Part shown: positions 1 through 12,800 of the stretch, piece by piece
Position numbering within the stretch: the first letter of the stretch is position 1
Layout: each line of letters starts with the position of its first letter
Origin: Okamejei kenojei
Taxonomy: Eukaryota
DNA length: 64,000 nucleotides
NCBI GenBank assembly: GCA_035221665.1
Contig: CM069141.1
Span: 47,182,001-47,246,000 of the forward strand
Direction of reading: 5' to 3'
Notes under the pieces: model-generated
Databases searched by the model: none
What the model was told of the DNA's origin: nothing
Seen by the model: the letters and a program-made list of their open reading frames with translations, nothing else
Program-made: the position numbers and the translations under genes

Positions 1-722
1 TCAGCCACTGTTGAATCCATCTTGCTACTCCGCCATTAACACCCAAAGATTGAACCTTCTGAACCAACCTTCCATGGGGAACCTTGTCAAAGGCCTTACT
101 GAAATCCATATAGACAACATCCACTGCTTTACCCTCATCAATTTCCCTAGTTACCGCTTCAAAAAATTCAAGATGGTTTGTCAAACATGACCTTCCAGGC
201 ACAAATCCATGTTGACTGTTCCTGATCAGACCCTGTTTATCCAGATGTTTATATATATTATCTCTAAGTATCCTTTCCATTAATTTGCCCACTACTGACG
301 TCAAACTAATAGGTCTATAATTGCTAGGTTTATTCTTTGAACCCTTTTTAAACAATGGAACAACATGCGCAGTACGCCAATCCTCCGGCACTATTCCCGT
401 TTCTAATGACATTTGAAATATTTCTGTCATAGCTCCTGCTATTTCTACACTAACTTCCCTCAATGTCCTAGGGAATATCCTGTCAGGACCTGGAGACTTA
501 TCCACCTTTATATTTTTCAAAAGTGTCAGTACTTCCTCCTCTTTGAATCTCCTAGTTTCCATAGCTACTCTACTTTTTTCCCTTACCTCACAGAGTTCAA
601 TATCCTTCTCCTTGGTGAATACCGAAGAAAAGAAATTGTTCAATATCTCCCCCATCTCTTTTGGCTCTGCAGATAGCTGTCCATTCTGGTTCTCTAATGG
701 TCCAATTTTATCCCTCGTTATC
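1..722 (-). mobile_element. CR1-type LINE fragment (RT region), inserted into the TM-coding part of a protocadherin exon; continues off the window
   Basis: Minus-strand translation of 1-230 gives SQHGFVPGRSCLTNHLEFFE...VDVVYMDFSKAFDKVPHGRLVQK, the CR1 RT motifs. It abuts Pcdh sequence at a CTTCTGAT-CTTCTGAT junction. Confidence 0.85.
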
Positions 723-1012
723 CTTCTGATCTTCTGATCATTGTTCTGTTGATTGGTATCAAGTGTAAACAAGACAGAAATAACATTCAAGCGTATAACT
801 CCCGCAGTTATTTCTACAATCCTGGCGATTCTCACGGCGCGTTCAATGGAAGACTTGCCATGGAGGAAACTTTACGCAATCCAGGTACAGGAAGGGTAGT
901 GCGCGTGTCAGATCTGAATCAATACTCGGCCTGTCTGTCTCCAGAATCAGCGAAAAGCGGTTTTCTCTTCTTGAAGCCATGCGGCGCTTCCACTTCCTAA
1001 GCTCAATGCTAA
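723..1012 (+). pseudogene. Protocadherin 3' fragment (TM end plus cytoplasmic tail), third subtype 'C'
   Basis: LLIGIKCKQDRNNIQAYNSRSY...QYSACLSPESAKSGFLFLKPCGASTS* matches the tails of the intact genes. It has a premature TAA (CAA in paralogs) at 998-1000 and the CR1 insertion upstream. Confidence 0.85.
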
Positions 1013-1469
1013 ATGGCGCTGATGGGTTGTGTTAAGGAATACCATCTTATTTTAAATGCAGCCATTTTATCTGCTCAGGAATATGAATCAGTACGAGTGG
1101 AATATTAATGAAAACACCCCCTTGTAGCATATTTTCTTTCGTGTAATTGGGAGGAAAGTATTAGTAATTGTCAAAAATAAAATTTCCTGCAACTGGAATG
1201 AAAATGCATCTATTAATTCGGAATGCAGTCTTTCTGTTTGTCACAGGCTAATGTGCACAAATGTGTTGTCATTTAGTTACTTACTTACTCAAAGGATTTG
1301 GGATACTTGTACCCAGTTCCATGGCTAGGTATTAACAAGGGACATTTGCGTTGAAATGTTTCCTGATTGCCTACCGATGCATTATATATTAATTCTTAAT
1401 AGTTCGTTTTACAAAACACAAATTACAATAATCATCAGATGCACGAAATAACGAAACAGGTATATTTGA

Positions 1470-2000
1470 AAGGTAAGTGATTGCTGATGCTGAAATCATG
1501 AGCACAATCTGCCAGAAGAAATCAACGAGCCAGGCACCACCTCTGGAGAGAAACAGGCCGATGACGTTTGACTTCGAGCCCAAAGTGGAGGAAGATCGAT
1601 TTAGAAGTAGGCGAGGTTGCGGCTTTAGGGTAAAGTATAGCAACTGAAAGCTGGATCCAGGTGAGAAGGTAGTTGGTAGTTGATTATTAGGGAGTTGATT
1701 CGGTGAAGGATATTGTTAGTTGAGGAGAAGTGGTTGAGTCTCCATTCGTAGTTTCCCAATGCTTCATGGAAGTGCAAAGCGACGTCGTCCATAATAAAAA
1801 AATGAGTATTGGCATAAAATCTGCAAGTTGTTAAAGTGATGGAGAGCATGTGAGGTGTGTTCGGATGGAGGATGGATTGAACAGGACTGGGTGGGGGACC
1901 GGCGATAGATTCGATTTATGAGGAGATGAGTTTAGTCGGACAATAGCAGGCAGGAAACAATGGCCTAAACAGGACTGCGCTATCTACGGATCCCAGGCAG
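1470..2000 (-). mobile_element. Ancient degenerate Penelope-like RT remnant; paralogous copy at ~10890-11420
   Basis: Minus strand reads, across frameshifts, ...IVSACYCPTKLISS...SHALHHFNN...FIMDD, resembling the PLE RT N-terminal region. Confidence 0.5.
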
Positions 2001-3234
2001 TACACTGGATACACTGAACATGTTGGGCTACACATGTGGGAGCAGTAAAATTCTATGTCGAGAAACGGGGCTGTTTTTCACACCGACAACAAGTGAAACT
2101 ACATTTGTTTGGAGAACTGGTGAGTAGCAGAAGAAGGAGGAAACATGTGTGAATGTAGCATTATGCCATTTGCTCTGTGTAATGTACTGCTCACGTACCC
2201 AGAAATCGGCAAGAGATCAGGGTGTCCCTGCTTGTCCCATTCCACTAATTAGCTATCACTTTCAATGCAATTCACTGGGCAAAGATTACCCTTCCCTGTC
2301 TGCTCAGAAATTGACAAATATCACCCCTTCACTAATCCCTGGTCTCGCTTTGCAACCACTCACCTTCCGTTGGCAGTTTCCCATGAAAACACAAAATATG
2401 TAACGTTCTTATACAGTACCATTTCCCTTGCATTGTACATGAGCAAAACATCTTCCCGGTAAATCAGCGATCCGCTTGCACGTGTTTTCAATGTAATGTA
2501 GATGTTTGGTCTTCTCAATGTGCTGCACTGCCATGAGACATTGGAGCACAATTAGGCCACTGGCACAATCGAGGCTGCTGCGCCATTCGATCAGGGCTGA
2601 TATATTTCCCCTCTCTCCCTTAGCCTTTGATGCCCTTACTGATCAAGAACCTATTCATCTCTGCCTTAACAATGTACTATAACGACTTCGACATAAAATT
2701 GTGGCACTTAATTCCACAGATTCACCAGCCACTGGAAAAATAAATTCTTATTGATCACCATTCTAAATGAGCGGCATTTTCTTGTGAGGCTGTGCCCCAT
2801 TTTCCTAGATGATCTCACAAATATCCTCTCCACAACCATTCCATCTAGATCGCTTAGTCCTGCGGTTAGTCTGCAGCAAAGAAATAATGAAACTAAATTT
2901 CCGGTTACTTACACCATTCATTCAGAAAGTCACGAACAACTGATCTTTCTGCAAATTACCTCTAGCGCTGTTGGAGCGAGGGCAAGGTTAAGGCACACGC
3001 TTGGAAACCAGTTCCTCGACTTTGATATGGACAAGTTGCCACCTGACCACTCCTGTCTGTTTTCCTTACGGGTTAGTTTCTTTCTCTATTTTGCATTGAG
3101 CTGAAGAGCATAGAAACAAACCCGTCGCTTACTGCATCTGCACTAACCACTGTGTTTATTTGTATTAATTACACTCTTCCGTGAATTCCGTCACGATCAG
3201 TGCCCACTAATTCCCACACTCGTTAAGTACCATA

Positions 3235-4854
3235 CAGTGGCTTGCAAAAGTTTTCATACCCCTTGAACTTTTCCACATTTTGTCACGCTACAACCACAAA
3301 CGTAAATATATTTTACTGGGATTTTATGTGACAGACCAACACAAAGTGGCGCATAATTGTGACGTGGTAGGAAAATGATACATGGTTTTCAAATTGTTTT
3401 ACAAATAAAAAACTGAAAAGTGTGGCGTGCAAAAGTATTCAGCCCCCTTTACTCTGATACCCCTTAATAAAATCCAGTGCAACCAATTGCCTTCAGAAGT
3501 CACCTAATTAGTAAATAGAGTCCACTTGTGTGTAATCGCATCTCAGTATGAATACAGCTGTTCTGCGAAGGCCTCAGAGGTTTGTTAGAGACCATTAGTG
3601 AACAAACAGCATCATGAAGCCCAAGGAACACACCAGACAGGTCAGGGATAAAGTAGTGGAGAAGTTTAAAGCAGGGTTAGGTTATAAAAAAATATCCCAA
3701 GCTTTGAACATCTCACGGAGCACAGTTCAATTCATCATCCGAAAATGGAGAGTATGGCACAACTGCAAAGCTACCAAGATATGGCCGTCCACCTAAACTG
3801 ACAGGCCAGGCAAGGAGAGCATTGATCAGAGATGCAGCCAAGAGGCCCATGGTAACTCTGGAGGAGCTGCAGAGATCCACAGCTCAGGTGGGAGAATCTG
3901 TCCACAGGACAACTATTAGACATGCACTCCACAAATCGGGCCTTTATGGAAGAGTGGCAAGAAGAAAGCCATTGCTGAAACAACGTCATCAGAAGTCCCG
4001 TTTGCAGTTTGCCACAAGCCATGTGGGGGAAACAGCAAACATGTGGAGGAAGGTGCTCTGGTCTGATGAGACCAAAATTGAAGTTTTTGGCCTAAATGCA
4101 AAACGCTATGTATGGCGGAAAAGTAACACTGCACATCACCCTGAACACACCATCCCCACTGTGAAACATGGTGCTGGCTGCATCACGCTGTGGGGATGCT
4201 TTTCTTCAGCAGGGATAGGGACAGGGACAGGGTCAGAGTTGATGGGAAGATGGATGGAGCCAAATACAGGGCAATCTTAGAAGAAAACCTGTTAGAGTCT
4301 GCAAAAGACTTGAGACTGGGGCGGAGGTTCACCTTCCAGCAGGACAACAAACCTAAACATACAGCCAGAGCTACAATGGATTATTTTAGATCAAAGCATA
4401 TTCATGTGTTAGAATGGCCCAGTCAAAGTCCAGACCTAAATCCAATTGAGAATCTCTGGCAAGACTTGAAAATTGCTGTTCACAGACGCTCTCCATCCAA
4501 TCTGACTGAGCTTGAGCTATTTTGCAAAAATGAATGGGCAAAAATTTCAGTCTCTAGATTTGCAAAGCTGGTAGAGACATACCCCAAAAGGCTTGCAGCT
4601 GTAATTGCAGCGAAAGGTGTTTCTACAAAGCATTGACTCAGGGGGGCCGAATACTTTTGCACGCCACACTTTTCAGTTTTTTATTTGTAATAAAATTTGG
4701 TAACCATGTATCATTTTCCTTGCACTTCACAATTATGCACCACTTTGTGTTGGTCTGTCACATAACATTCCAATAAAATACATTTACGTTTGTGGTTGTA
4801 ACGTGACAAAATGTGGAAAAGTTCCAGGGGTATGAAAACTTTTGTAAGCCACTG
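3235..4854 (+). mobile_element. Full-length Tc1-family DNA transposon (IR/DR type, DD34E) with frameshifted transposase at 3614-4636
   Basis: ~210-bp inverted repeats (3235-3447 and 4641-4854), each with outer and inner direct repeats. Left flank is TA, right flank is AA. Transposase motifs [12 protein letters not shown] and SPDLNPIE, with 34 residues between the second D and the E. The empty site is in the paralog at ~22340. Confidence 0.95.
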
Positions 4855-6713
4855 AATATATAGTTAATGTCCTGTCTCCACTACCTGCATTGGAACTTCG
4901 TTATTGGAAAGTCTAGACGTCAGTTCCACGTTAAACATATTCCATCTGAAAATTATTTCGGCCTCCCCAGCCACTGGAAATGACTGTCTACCTTATTTGT
5001 GCCTCACTTGATTGTCCATATCTCCATCATATCACTTCTCAGCTGCATTAACTCCAAAAAATACGGATCCTGCCAACACAATCTCCCCTGATTGCGCAAA
5101 CCTAATCCTGGCAACGTTCCTAGGAGTCTATCCTGGTCGTTCTCTGGCTTAACCAAACTGTTTCCTCAATGTGCTCACTAGACCAGCGCACAATAATTCA
5201 AATCCGGCCTAAGCAATATTTTCTTCAAATGAAACAGAAAAGATCAACTCCGTACCTCGGCCGATGTATGCAAACGTGCCACATCGTTGTCTACCCGTGT
5301 TCCCATTCTAAAGAACAATTTTATTTTACCCCAAATATTTACCGAGTGATATCCGTTCGATATCACTCCGCAAGACTTTGCAACGCACTGTCTGTAGTTT
5401 AGCCCGCTGAACATGCCCCATCCCCTTGCTATAGATATGCATCACAGAAGCAATGAAAATTAATTTGTCCTAACAGCTCTTCCGACTACTGTGTATATTT
5501 ATTTGATCCTACACTCTGAGACAGATTCCTATTTTCTATCCATTACTTCCTATCTGCAGAGCTGCTCAAAATTATCTTATTTTCATTAAATCCTAGTTCT
5601 GATAAAGGATCCCAGACCTGAAGCGTTAATTGTATTTCTTACCGCAGGTGAACCAATGAGTGTTTTCAGCATGTTCAGTTGTTGACACGCACGAAATGTT
5701 ATAGTTGGCTCCTCTGAGTCATTACATGGATTCTCATTTAACATGCAGCGGAACTTATTTACCACAAAACCAGAATCCGATGGTATATCTCGTTCCAATA
5801 TTGAAATAGTCTGTTTAATTAACATCCTATGTAAACCAAACTGCAATTGGTTGATCACACTATAATCAATTCTGCAACTCTGGGATAAAGGGATATCACG
5901 ACTGACGGTGAAGTAAAGTTGAAATTATATCGCTCTTGGAAGAGCTGTGGAATCAATATCAAGTACGGGTTGGGACTTTATCGAATGGAGTGCATCAAAT
6001 GACTGCGCGTATCAAGGTTGTTGCAGCCATCGATGTGGGAAAAGAACGTAGAGGTTTGGAGTCTGCCCTGAGGATAAGTTTTTTCTATTTTACCTACTGT
6101 TTCTGTTTCTAAGGAAATGTATCAGTCTGTTTCTGGGAAATCAATTCAAACGATGTCGCATGTCAACAAAGACACAGAAGATGACAGTTCTGCAATTCCG
6201 AATGGCATTTACCGAAAAGGGCATTTTACAGGATAAATCTGGTAACAGGGGAGTAATGTTTTCTCGGGCGCATTTTAAATGAGCAACGATCCGTGGATGA
6301 ATGGGTAATTGGGTGGTTCATTTGCAAATTGAAATAAAGGATCCTTTGCAAGAAACCCAGAATGAAACGGAGATTCCCAATGTAAATAAGAATAAAAAGT
6401 CAAAAATTCACTTTTTTTTCACGCCCAACCAGACATGGACACCTGTTTTCTCTGATCCCTACAATATCATTCGGGCTCTGCTGGGTCATGTGCCTGTGAG
6501 GTTGTTGCAAACAAAATTTAAAACGCAGCAGAACCTCACCTTACATATGCATGTGTTAGCAAACCAAAGATGAAATGGCCGTGACGATGCATTTCTCCAG
6601 AAATCACTTCCTTGAAACAAGAGTTTGGTTCAACAATTACTTAATCGAAAGCATAATGTGCACGAACACCAACTTCAACATTTGAAAACTTGCATTGACA
6701 TTCTCATGGTTAT

Positions 6714-7175
6714 TGTCAGGTCTCGCATTTGATCTAGTTTCTGTTTCTTATTGGTTTTCATTATGAGAGTTTGCATTCTTGTTTTATTTTGGTGTCTCAC
6801 ATCTCCTCTTGTTTCAGGTCCCATTTCCTGTCATGCCGTTTACCCTCATTTGATTGTTGGCCCCGCCCTGGTGTGTTTCACCTGTGTCTAGTTGTCCCCT
6901 GTTAGTCTGTATTTAAGCCCTTTGTGTTTTAGTTCGCATTGCCAGTTCGTTGTGTATGCTACTTGGTATCACCTCGTTCCAGCTCTAGAAATCTTGTGAC
7001 CTTGTGATCTCGACCATTGCCTGTTTTTCGACCACTGTTTTAGCCTGCTCCGAGATTATCCTGTCGCCTCTGTTTTGCTTACCTGTGTACCGACTTGGAC
7101 CGATTAAACACTGAAAACGGATCTGCCCTGTGCCTGAGCCTGCATTTGTGTCATCCTCCTCGTTCAGTTCTGATA
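6714..7175 (+). mobile_element. Solo LTR of a Ty3/gypsy chromovirus, same family as 20712-21164
   Basis: TGTCA...TGATA termini, 5-bp TSD GTTAT/ATTAT, clear similarity to the LTR at 20712-21164, and an empty site at ~24175. Confidence 0.85.
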
Positions 7176-7269
7176 ATTATCTTACGTGATTGCTTTTATG
7201 TGTTGTCCGTATTTTATGTATTGTCTGCTTTACGTTCTGTTTGCTACTGGACATCTGAATTTCCCTGAG

Positions 7270-7670
7270 NNNNNNNNNNNNNNNNNNNNNNNNNNNNNNN
7301 NNNNNNNNNNNNNNNNNNNNNNNNNNNNNNNNNNNNNNNNNNNNNNNNNNNNNNNNNNNNNNNNNNNNNNNNNNNNNNNNNNNNNNNNNNNNNNNNNNNN
7401 NNNNNNNNNNNNNNNNNNNNNNNNNNNNNNNNNNNNNNNNNNNNNNNNNNNNNNNNNNNNNNNNNNNNNNNNNNNNNNNNNNNNNNNNNNNNNNNNNNNN
7501 NNNNNNNNNNNNNNNNNNNNNNNNNNNNNNNNNNNNNNNNNNNNNNNNNNNNNNNNNNNNNNNNNNNNNNNNNNNNNNNNNNNNNNNNNNNNNNNNNNNN
7601 NNNNNNNNNNNNNNNNNNNNNNNNNNNNNNNNNNNNNNNNNNNNNNNNNNNNNNNNNNNNNNNNNNNNNN
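7270..7670. other. Assembly gap (401 N)
   Basis: Run of N. Confidence 1.
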
Positions 7671-8020
7671 GAAAATTATGTTTGTGCAAGAGGCATAATA
7701 ATAGAATTCGCATGTCAAAGAAAGGAAAATTATGAAGTCGTTAAATGAATATATTTTTGCTACGATGAGGCGCGTAGGGAGGATCTACACGTAGAGATCA
7801 TGTATCTGATATAATACTTTGAAACTCAACAACACTGATGCCATCTATTAATTCGGTATAGCCTTATGGGTGAAACAACAGATCGTGGTAACAATTTCCA
7901 TTCCCTGTGCTTCCCCAGAGTTTCGAAGTTAAATGCAGAAAGCACGCATTTTAAGAAGACGCGTTATGGCTGTACACCCTGAAATGTTTGGGAGAGCAAT
8001 GCAGGTTTAAGAATTGAAGT

Positions 8021-8064
8021 TGCAGTTATTGAAAAGAACTGGCTGTGTCGCTGTCTACCAATGG
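8021..8064 (+). promoter_or_regulatory. Pcdh conserved sequence element (CSE / CGCT box, putative CTCF site) of A1
   Basis: TGCAG-N-TGTCGCTGTCTACCAATG about 260 bp upstream of the ATG. Repeated before every copy and matches the clustered-Pcdh CGCT box. Confidence 0.8.
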
Positions 8065-8309
8065 AAAGCTCAACCACATAGATGGATCCATTGCCCCTCC
8101 CACACCCCAGAATAAAAACGTCAGGCGCGACGAGAGAGGCCAGCAGTGCCTGCGTTCAGATTGCTGAATCAAGCTGAGGAGGATAGATTTTCCGTTTGTT
8201 TCGAATCGGTATTTAGAATATGTATGATTTTGTTTAAAGCTTTTAGTTGGAATCTTTTTACGGATTAACCTAAGAAATTCCTGGGTTTGGATATTGACAG
8301 CGCGGAACA

Positions 8310-10708
8310 ATGGCGTGCCTACCGAGGTTTGCCTTCACAGTGTTTGTTTCCATGTTTGCGATATATGTGCCGTATCTAATTTCCGGGCAAATTCGTTATT
8401 CTATTCCCGAGGAAATCGAGCAAGGGGCATTTGTTGGGAATATCGCTCAAAATCTGGGCCTGAACGTACGGCAATTGTCAGCTCGCAAATTTCGACTTTG
8501 CTCTGATAACGGCGGACGGTACATCAAGGTTAGTGCTGACAATGGAGTGTTGTCTATTCGTGAAAAAATCGACAGGGAACGTATTTGTGGAGAAGCGGAT
8601 GTGTGTATTATACCCTTCGAAATTGTACTGGACTATCCCTTGGAGGTGTATCGCGGAAAAATAGAGATTCTTGATGTAAATGACAATCCCCCCGCTTTCC
8701 CGCACGGCATCATTGTTCTACGGATATCGGAAACGAGTGCACCAGGTGTACGTTTCCGTCTCGAGAGCGCTGATGATCCTGACATTGGAATAAATACCGT
8801 GGCCGCCTACACAATCAGCTCTCGTGAGCACTTCAGTCTAAAAACACAGAAAACCGAGGACGGGTTTATAATTGCCGAGTTGTTGTTGGAGAAATCTTTG
8901 GATCGAGAGCTGCAATCATCATTTCAATTCCTGCTTACTGCGACTGACGGTGGAACCCCTCAGAGGTCAGGCACAACATAGATTCGCATTAATGTATTGG
9001 ACTTCAATGATAATCCACCAGTGTTCGACCATGATATTTACAGGGGTGTATAAGCGAGAACTCCGCCAAAGGTATCTCGGTGTTGAAAGTCAAAGCACAC
9101 GATGTGGACGAAGGACTGAATGGGAAAATATCGCGTTCTTTTAGTGATGTCGCCGTGCTAAAGTTTCGTAATTTGTTCAGTTTAGACCCAGATACTGGAG
9201 AGATTCGAATCGGTGGGCACTTGGATTTTGAAGAAACAAAGGTCTATTATCTGGATGTTCAAGCTATAGACCACGGCTCAGTTGCAATGACAGGACACTC
9301 CAAAGTGTTGATAAAAGTAATGGACGTAAACGACAATGCACCCGAGATACAGGCGACATCAGCTTCCAATAAAATCCCGGAAAATGCTCCGCCAGGAACT
9401 TTGGTAAGGTTGATCAATGTTGTGGATTGTGATTCTGGAGAGAACGGCCATGTCCTCTGTTCGTTACCAAAGAACATACTATTTAAACTACAAAGAGCAT
9501 CGTATCATTACAAATTAATTACCAGTGAAATGTTGGACCGTGAAGCGATATCTCAGTATAATGTAGCTATTTCGGCATGGGACTTGGGGTCGCCTTCACT
9601 CTCCGCAAATATAACCATCCAGATTACCATTTCAGACGTACACGATAACGCTCCCGGTTTGCTGAATCATCATACAATAACGATGGAGAATAACGCCCCA
9701 GGTGATGGAGAATAACGCCCCAGGTGCATCCATGTTCACAATATCTGCAATGGATGCTGATATAGAACAAAATTGCTATGTATCTTAGTCCTTTGTGGGT
9801 AATCGCATAGAAAACTTGCCATTTTCCACTTACCTCAGCATCAACGCAATAAACGGGACCATTTATGGGTTACACTCCTTTGACTATGAGAAACTCAAAC
9901 ACTTCCAATTACAAGTTCAAGCTCGTGACGCAGGGGTGCCTCCATTGAGCAGCAGTGCTATGCTGAACGTGATCATCCTGGATCAAAATGATAATGCTCC
10001 GATATTTGTTTCGCCGCCAGTACAGAGTGGATCAGCAGCAATGGAGATCGTGCCCCGGTCAGTGGGTCAAGGGTACCTGGTCACCAAGATAATGGCAACT
10101 GATGCAGATTCTGGTCAGAATGCTCGGTTCATTTATCAGATAGTGAAATCTACTGACCCCAGTTTGTACAAAGTTGGACAAAATTCCGGTGAAATTAGAA
10201 CAGCACGCAATATCCTACAGTCAGATATTTCTGTACAAACACTGGTAATCTTGGCGAAGGACAACGGCAGCCAAGCCTCTCCAGTACGGTTACAATCAAC
10301 ATTAAAATATTGGAGAACAGCACTGAAGGAATCGCGGAAACAAGCATCTTATTGATGGATCCAGAATATTTCTCTGATCCAAACGTTTATTTAATCGTTA
10401 TTTTCAGTTGCACTTCGGTTGTCTTTCTTCTGATCATTATTCTGTTGATTGGCATCAAGTGTAAACAAGACAGAAGTAATATTCAAGAGTATAACACCCG
10501 CAGTTATTGTTACAATCGTGGGGATTCTCACGATACATTTAAAGGAAGACCTGCCATGGAGGAAACTTTAGGCTATCCTGGGACAGGCCGGGTAGTCCGC
10601 GTTGCAGATATGAATCAATACTCGGTCTGTCTGTCTCCAGAGTCAGCGAAAAGTGATTTTCTCTTCTTGAAGCCATGCGGCGCTTCCACCTCTCAAGCTC
10701 AAAGCTAA
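8310..10708 (+). pseudogene. Protocadherin A1 pseudogene, close paralog of intact A2
   Basis: ORF pieces 8310-8981, 9080-9715, 9795-10355 and 10310-10708 align with A2. TAG stops at 8979 and ~9786, several frameshifts, and a 22-bp duplication at 9682-9725. Confidence 0.9.
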
Positions 10709-12466
10709 ATTACGCTGATGGATAGTATAAAGGAACACCATTAAAAAAGTGTTAATGTATGAAAATTGCGGTGAATAGATTCCAGATCGCGTAACGATAC
10801 GTTCCATTAGCATTGTAGATACGTGTTCGTACAAAAATGCCTAAGAACAAATAGCTGGCGGAAGAAGAAAATCAACCCATAAATTTGAATGGCAAGTGAT
10901 TGCAGATGCTGAGATCGTGTGCACAACTCACCAGAGGAACTCCGCGATTCAGACCGCACCTGCGGAGCCCAGCCAGCCTAACTTTTAGGGTCGAGCCCTT
11001 CGTGAGTACAGGAGATGAAAGTTGTTGGTAGATATAGACGAGGAACTGGAATAGAGTACACGAGAGCAAGTGGTAGTTTGGGTTCAGGTGAGGAGGGCAT
11101 TTTGCAGTTCATTCATGGGGAGTATCGCATTCGTTGAGCAGATCAGTCTGAATCTCCATTCTTAGATTAAACTGAATGCTCAGATGTCTTGCTGACGCGG
11201 AAGGGAAGCGGAAAAGCGACGTTGTCCATGGTAAAATGAGGATGGCATGGAATTTGCAAGTTGAATAAGTGGTGACGTGTTTCCTGATGGACAGGTAAGG
11301 GACAGGACAGGAATGGGGATTCTGCGATAGACTCGAGATATCAGCACATGAGTTCAGTTAAACAGAAAGCTTAAATCAATGGGCCAAACGAGGTAGTCCT
11401 GCCTATGGATCTCGGGTAGGAGGCACTTGAAACACTGAGCACGTTGGGCTGCACATATTGGGAATTGTCAAATTCTGTTGAGAAACTGGCATTTTGGCAC
11501 ACTGAGGAAAAGATCAAGACACGTTATTTTGGAAGAAGCAGACAGGTGAGGAAGGTATTAATAGAATATATATATCTATGAAAGGGAGAGGAAAAACGAG
11601 CGAATTTTGTAGCAGGCGTAACCGTGAGGTTCGAATTGTGCATTTTCTGATGTGTAAAGTACTGCTAACACACCCAGCAATCGCGTAGGGATCTGTTCAC
11701 AGTGGCATCTCCCCGCCTCTGTTGCAGGGGGGAACAATAATAATGTTCCACTATTTGTCATCGTCCATTCAATAGCTTTCACATTCAATGCAAGTTACAA
11801 CAATTCGAAAGACATTTCGTCACTGAGCACAGATTATCCTTCTCTATCTGTTTAGTAGTTCAAAAGTATGTGGCCTTCATCAATCCCTGTTGCGGGCGTC
11901 TGACCCTTCCGATCACTCACCATCCTTTGGACGTTTTCCGTGACACCACAAAACGTGTAACTATCTTTTACCAATTCCTTTTCAGGACCCAACATTCTAT
12001 CAGGTGGAGCAGTGATTTGTTTGCTCTTCTGTCAATATAACATTTGTATTTGCCTTCCCAAAGTGATGACACTGTATGGAGACATTGAAGGAGGGTTTTG
12101 CCATTGTTTTGTAAAGCACATTCGCACAGTCTGTAGTAGGATCTAGACCAGAAACATGAATAATTCCTTCTCTCCAGAGATGCTGCATGTCGGCCTGATT
12201 TACTCCAGCATTTGTATCTATTTTTACGTGCGTACAGTCTGCAGGAATTAAGATGATATTTCTGCTTGCATAACATTTTTATTCACAATTTCAGTAAAAG
12301 TCTCTGACTTCCAGCACTGTTGGAAGAAGGACAAAGCAAAAGCGCGCGATTGAAAAACTGAACTTTATCTTCCATATGGACAAGTTGGAACCCTCTGGAA
12401 CTCAGCACTGTTGTCTGTTATCATTTCGGTTCAGTTTTCCCTATTTTCAATTGAGGTGTAGCAAAA

Positions 12467-12800
12467 TAGAAAATCGGTGCAGGAGGAGGCCCATTGGCAT
12501 CATGGCTGATCATCCAACCCGTGCCTGCCTTCTCCCATATCCCTTGATTCCGCTAGCCCATAGAGCTCTATCTAACTCTCCTTTAAAATCATCCAGTTAA
12601 TTGGCTGCATTGCCTTCTATGGCAGAGAATTCCACAAATTCACAACTCTCTGAGGTAAAAAGATTTTTATCATCTCAGTTTTAAATGGCTTCCCCTTTAT
12701 TCTTTGACTATTGCGCGTGGTTCGGGACTCCACCAACATTGGATTTTTTTCCCCCTGCATCTAGCTGTCCAGTCCTTTTATAACGTTATATATTTCTATA
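12467..12800 (-). mobile_element. CR1 3'-end remnant; paralogous copies at ~34017-34390, 44321-44685 and 52790-52925
   Basis: Reverse complement resembles the CR1 3' end at 27780-28146 (GYGEKAGT-coding end and TTTCTATG tail). Confidence 0.75.
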
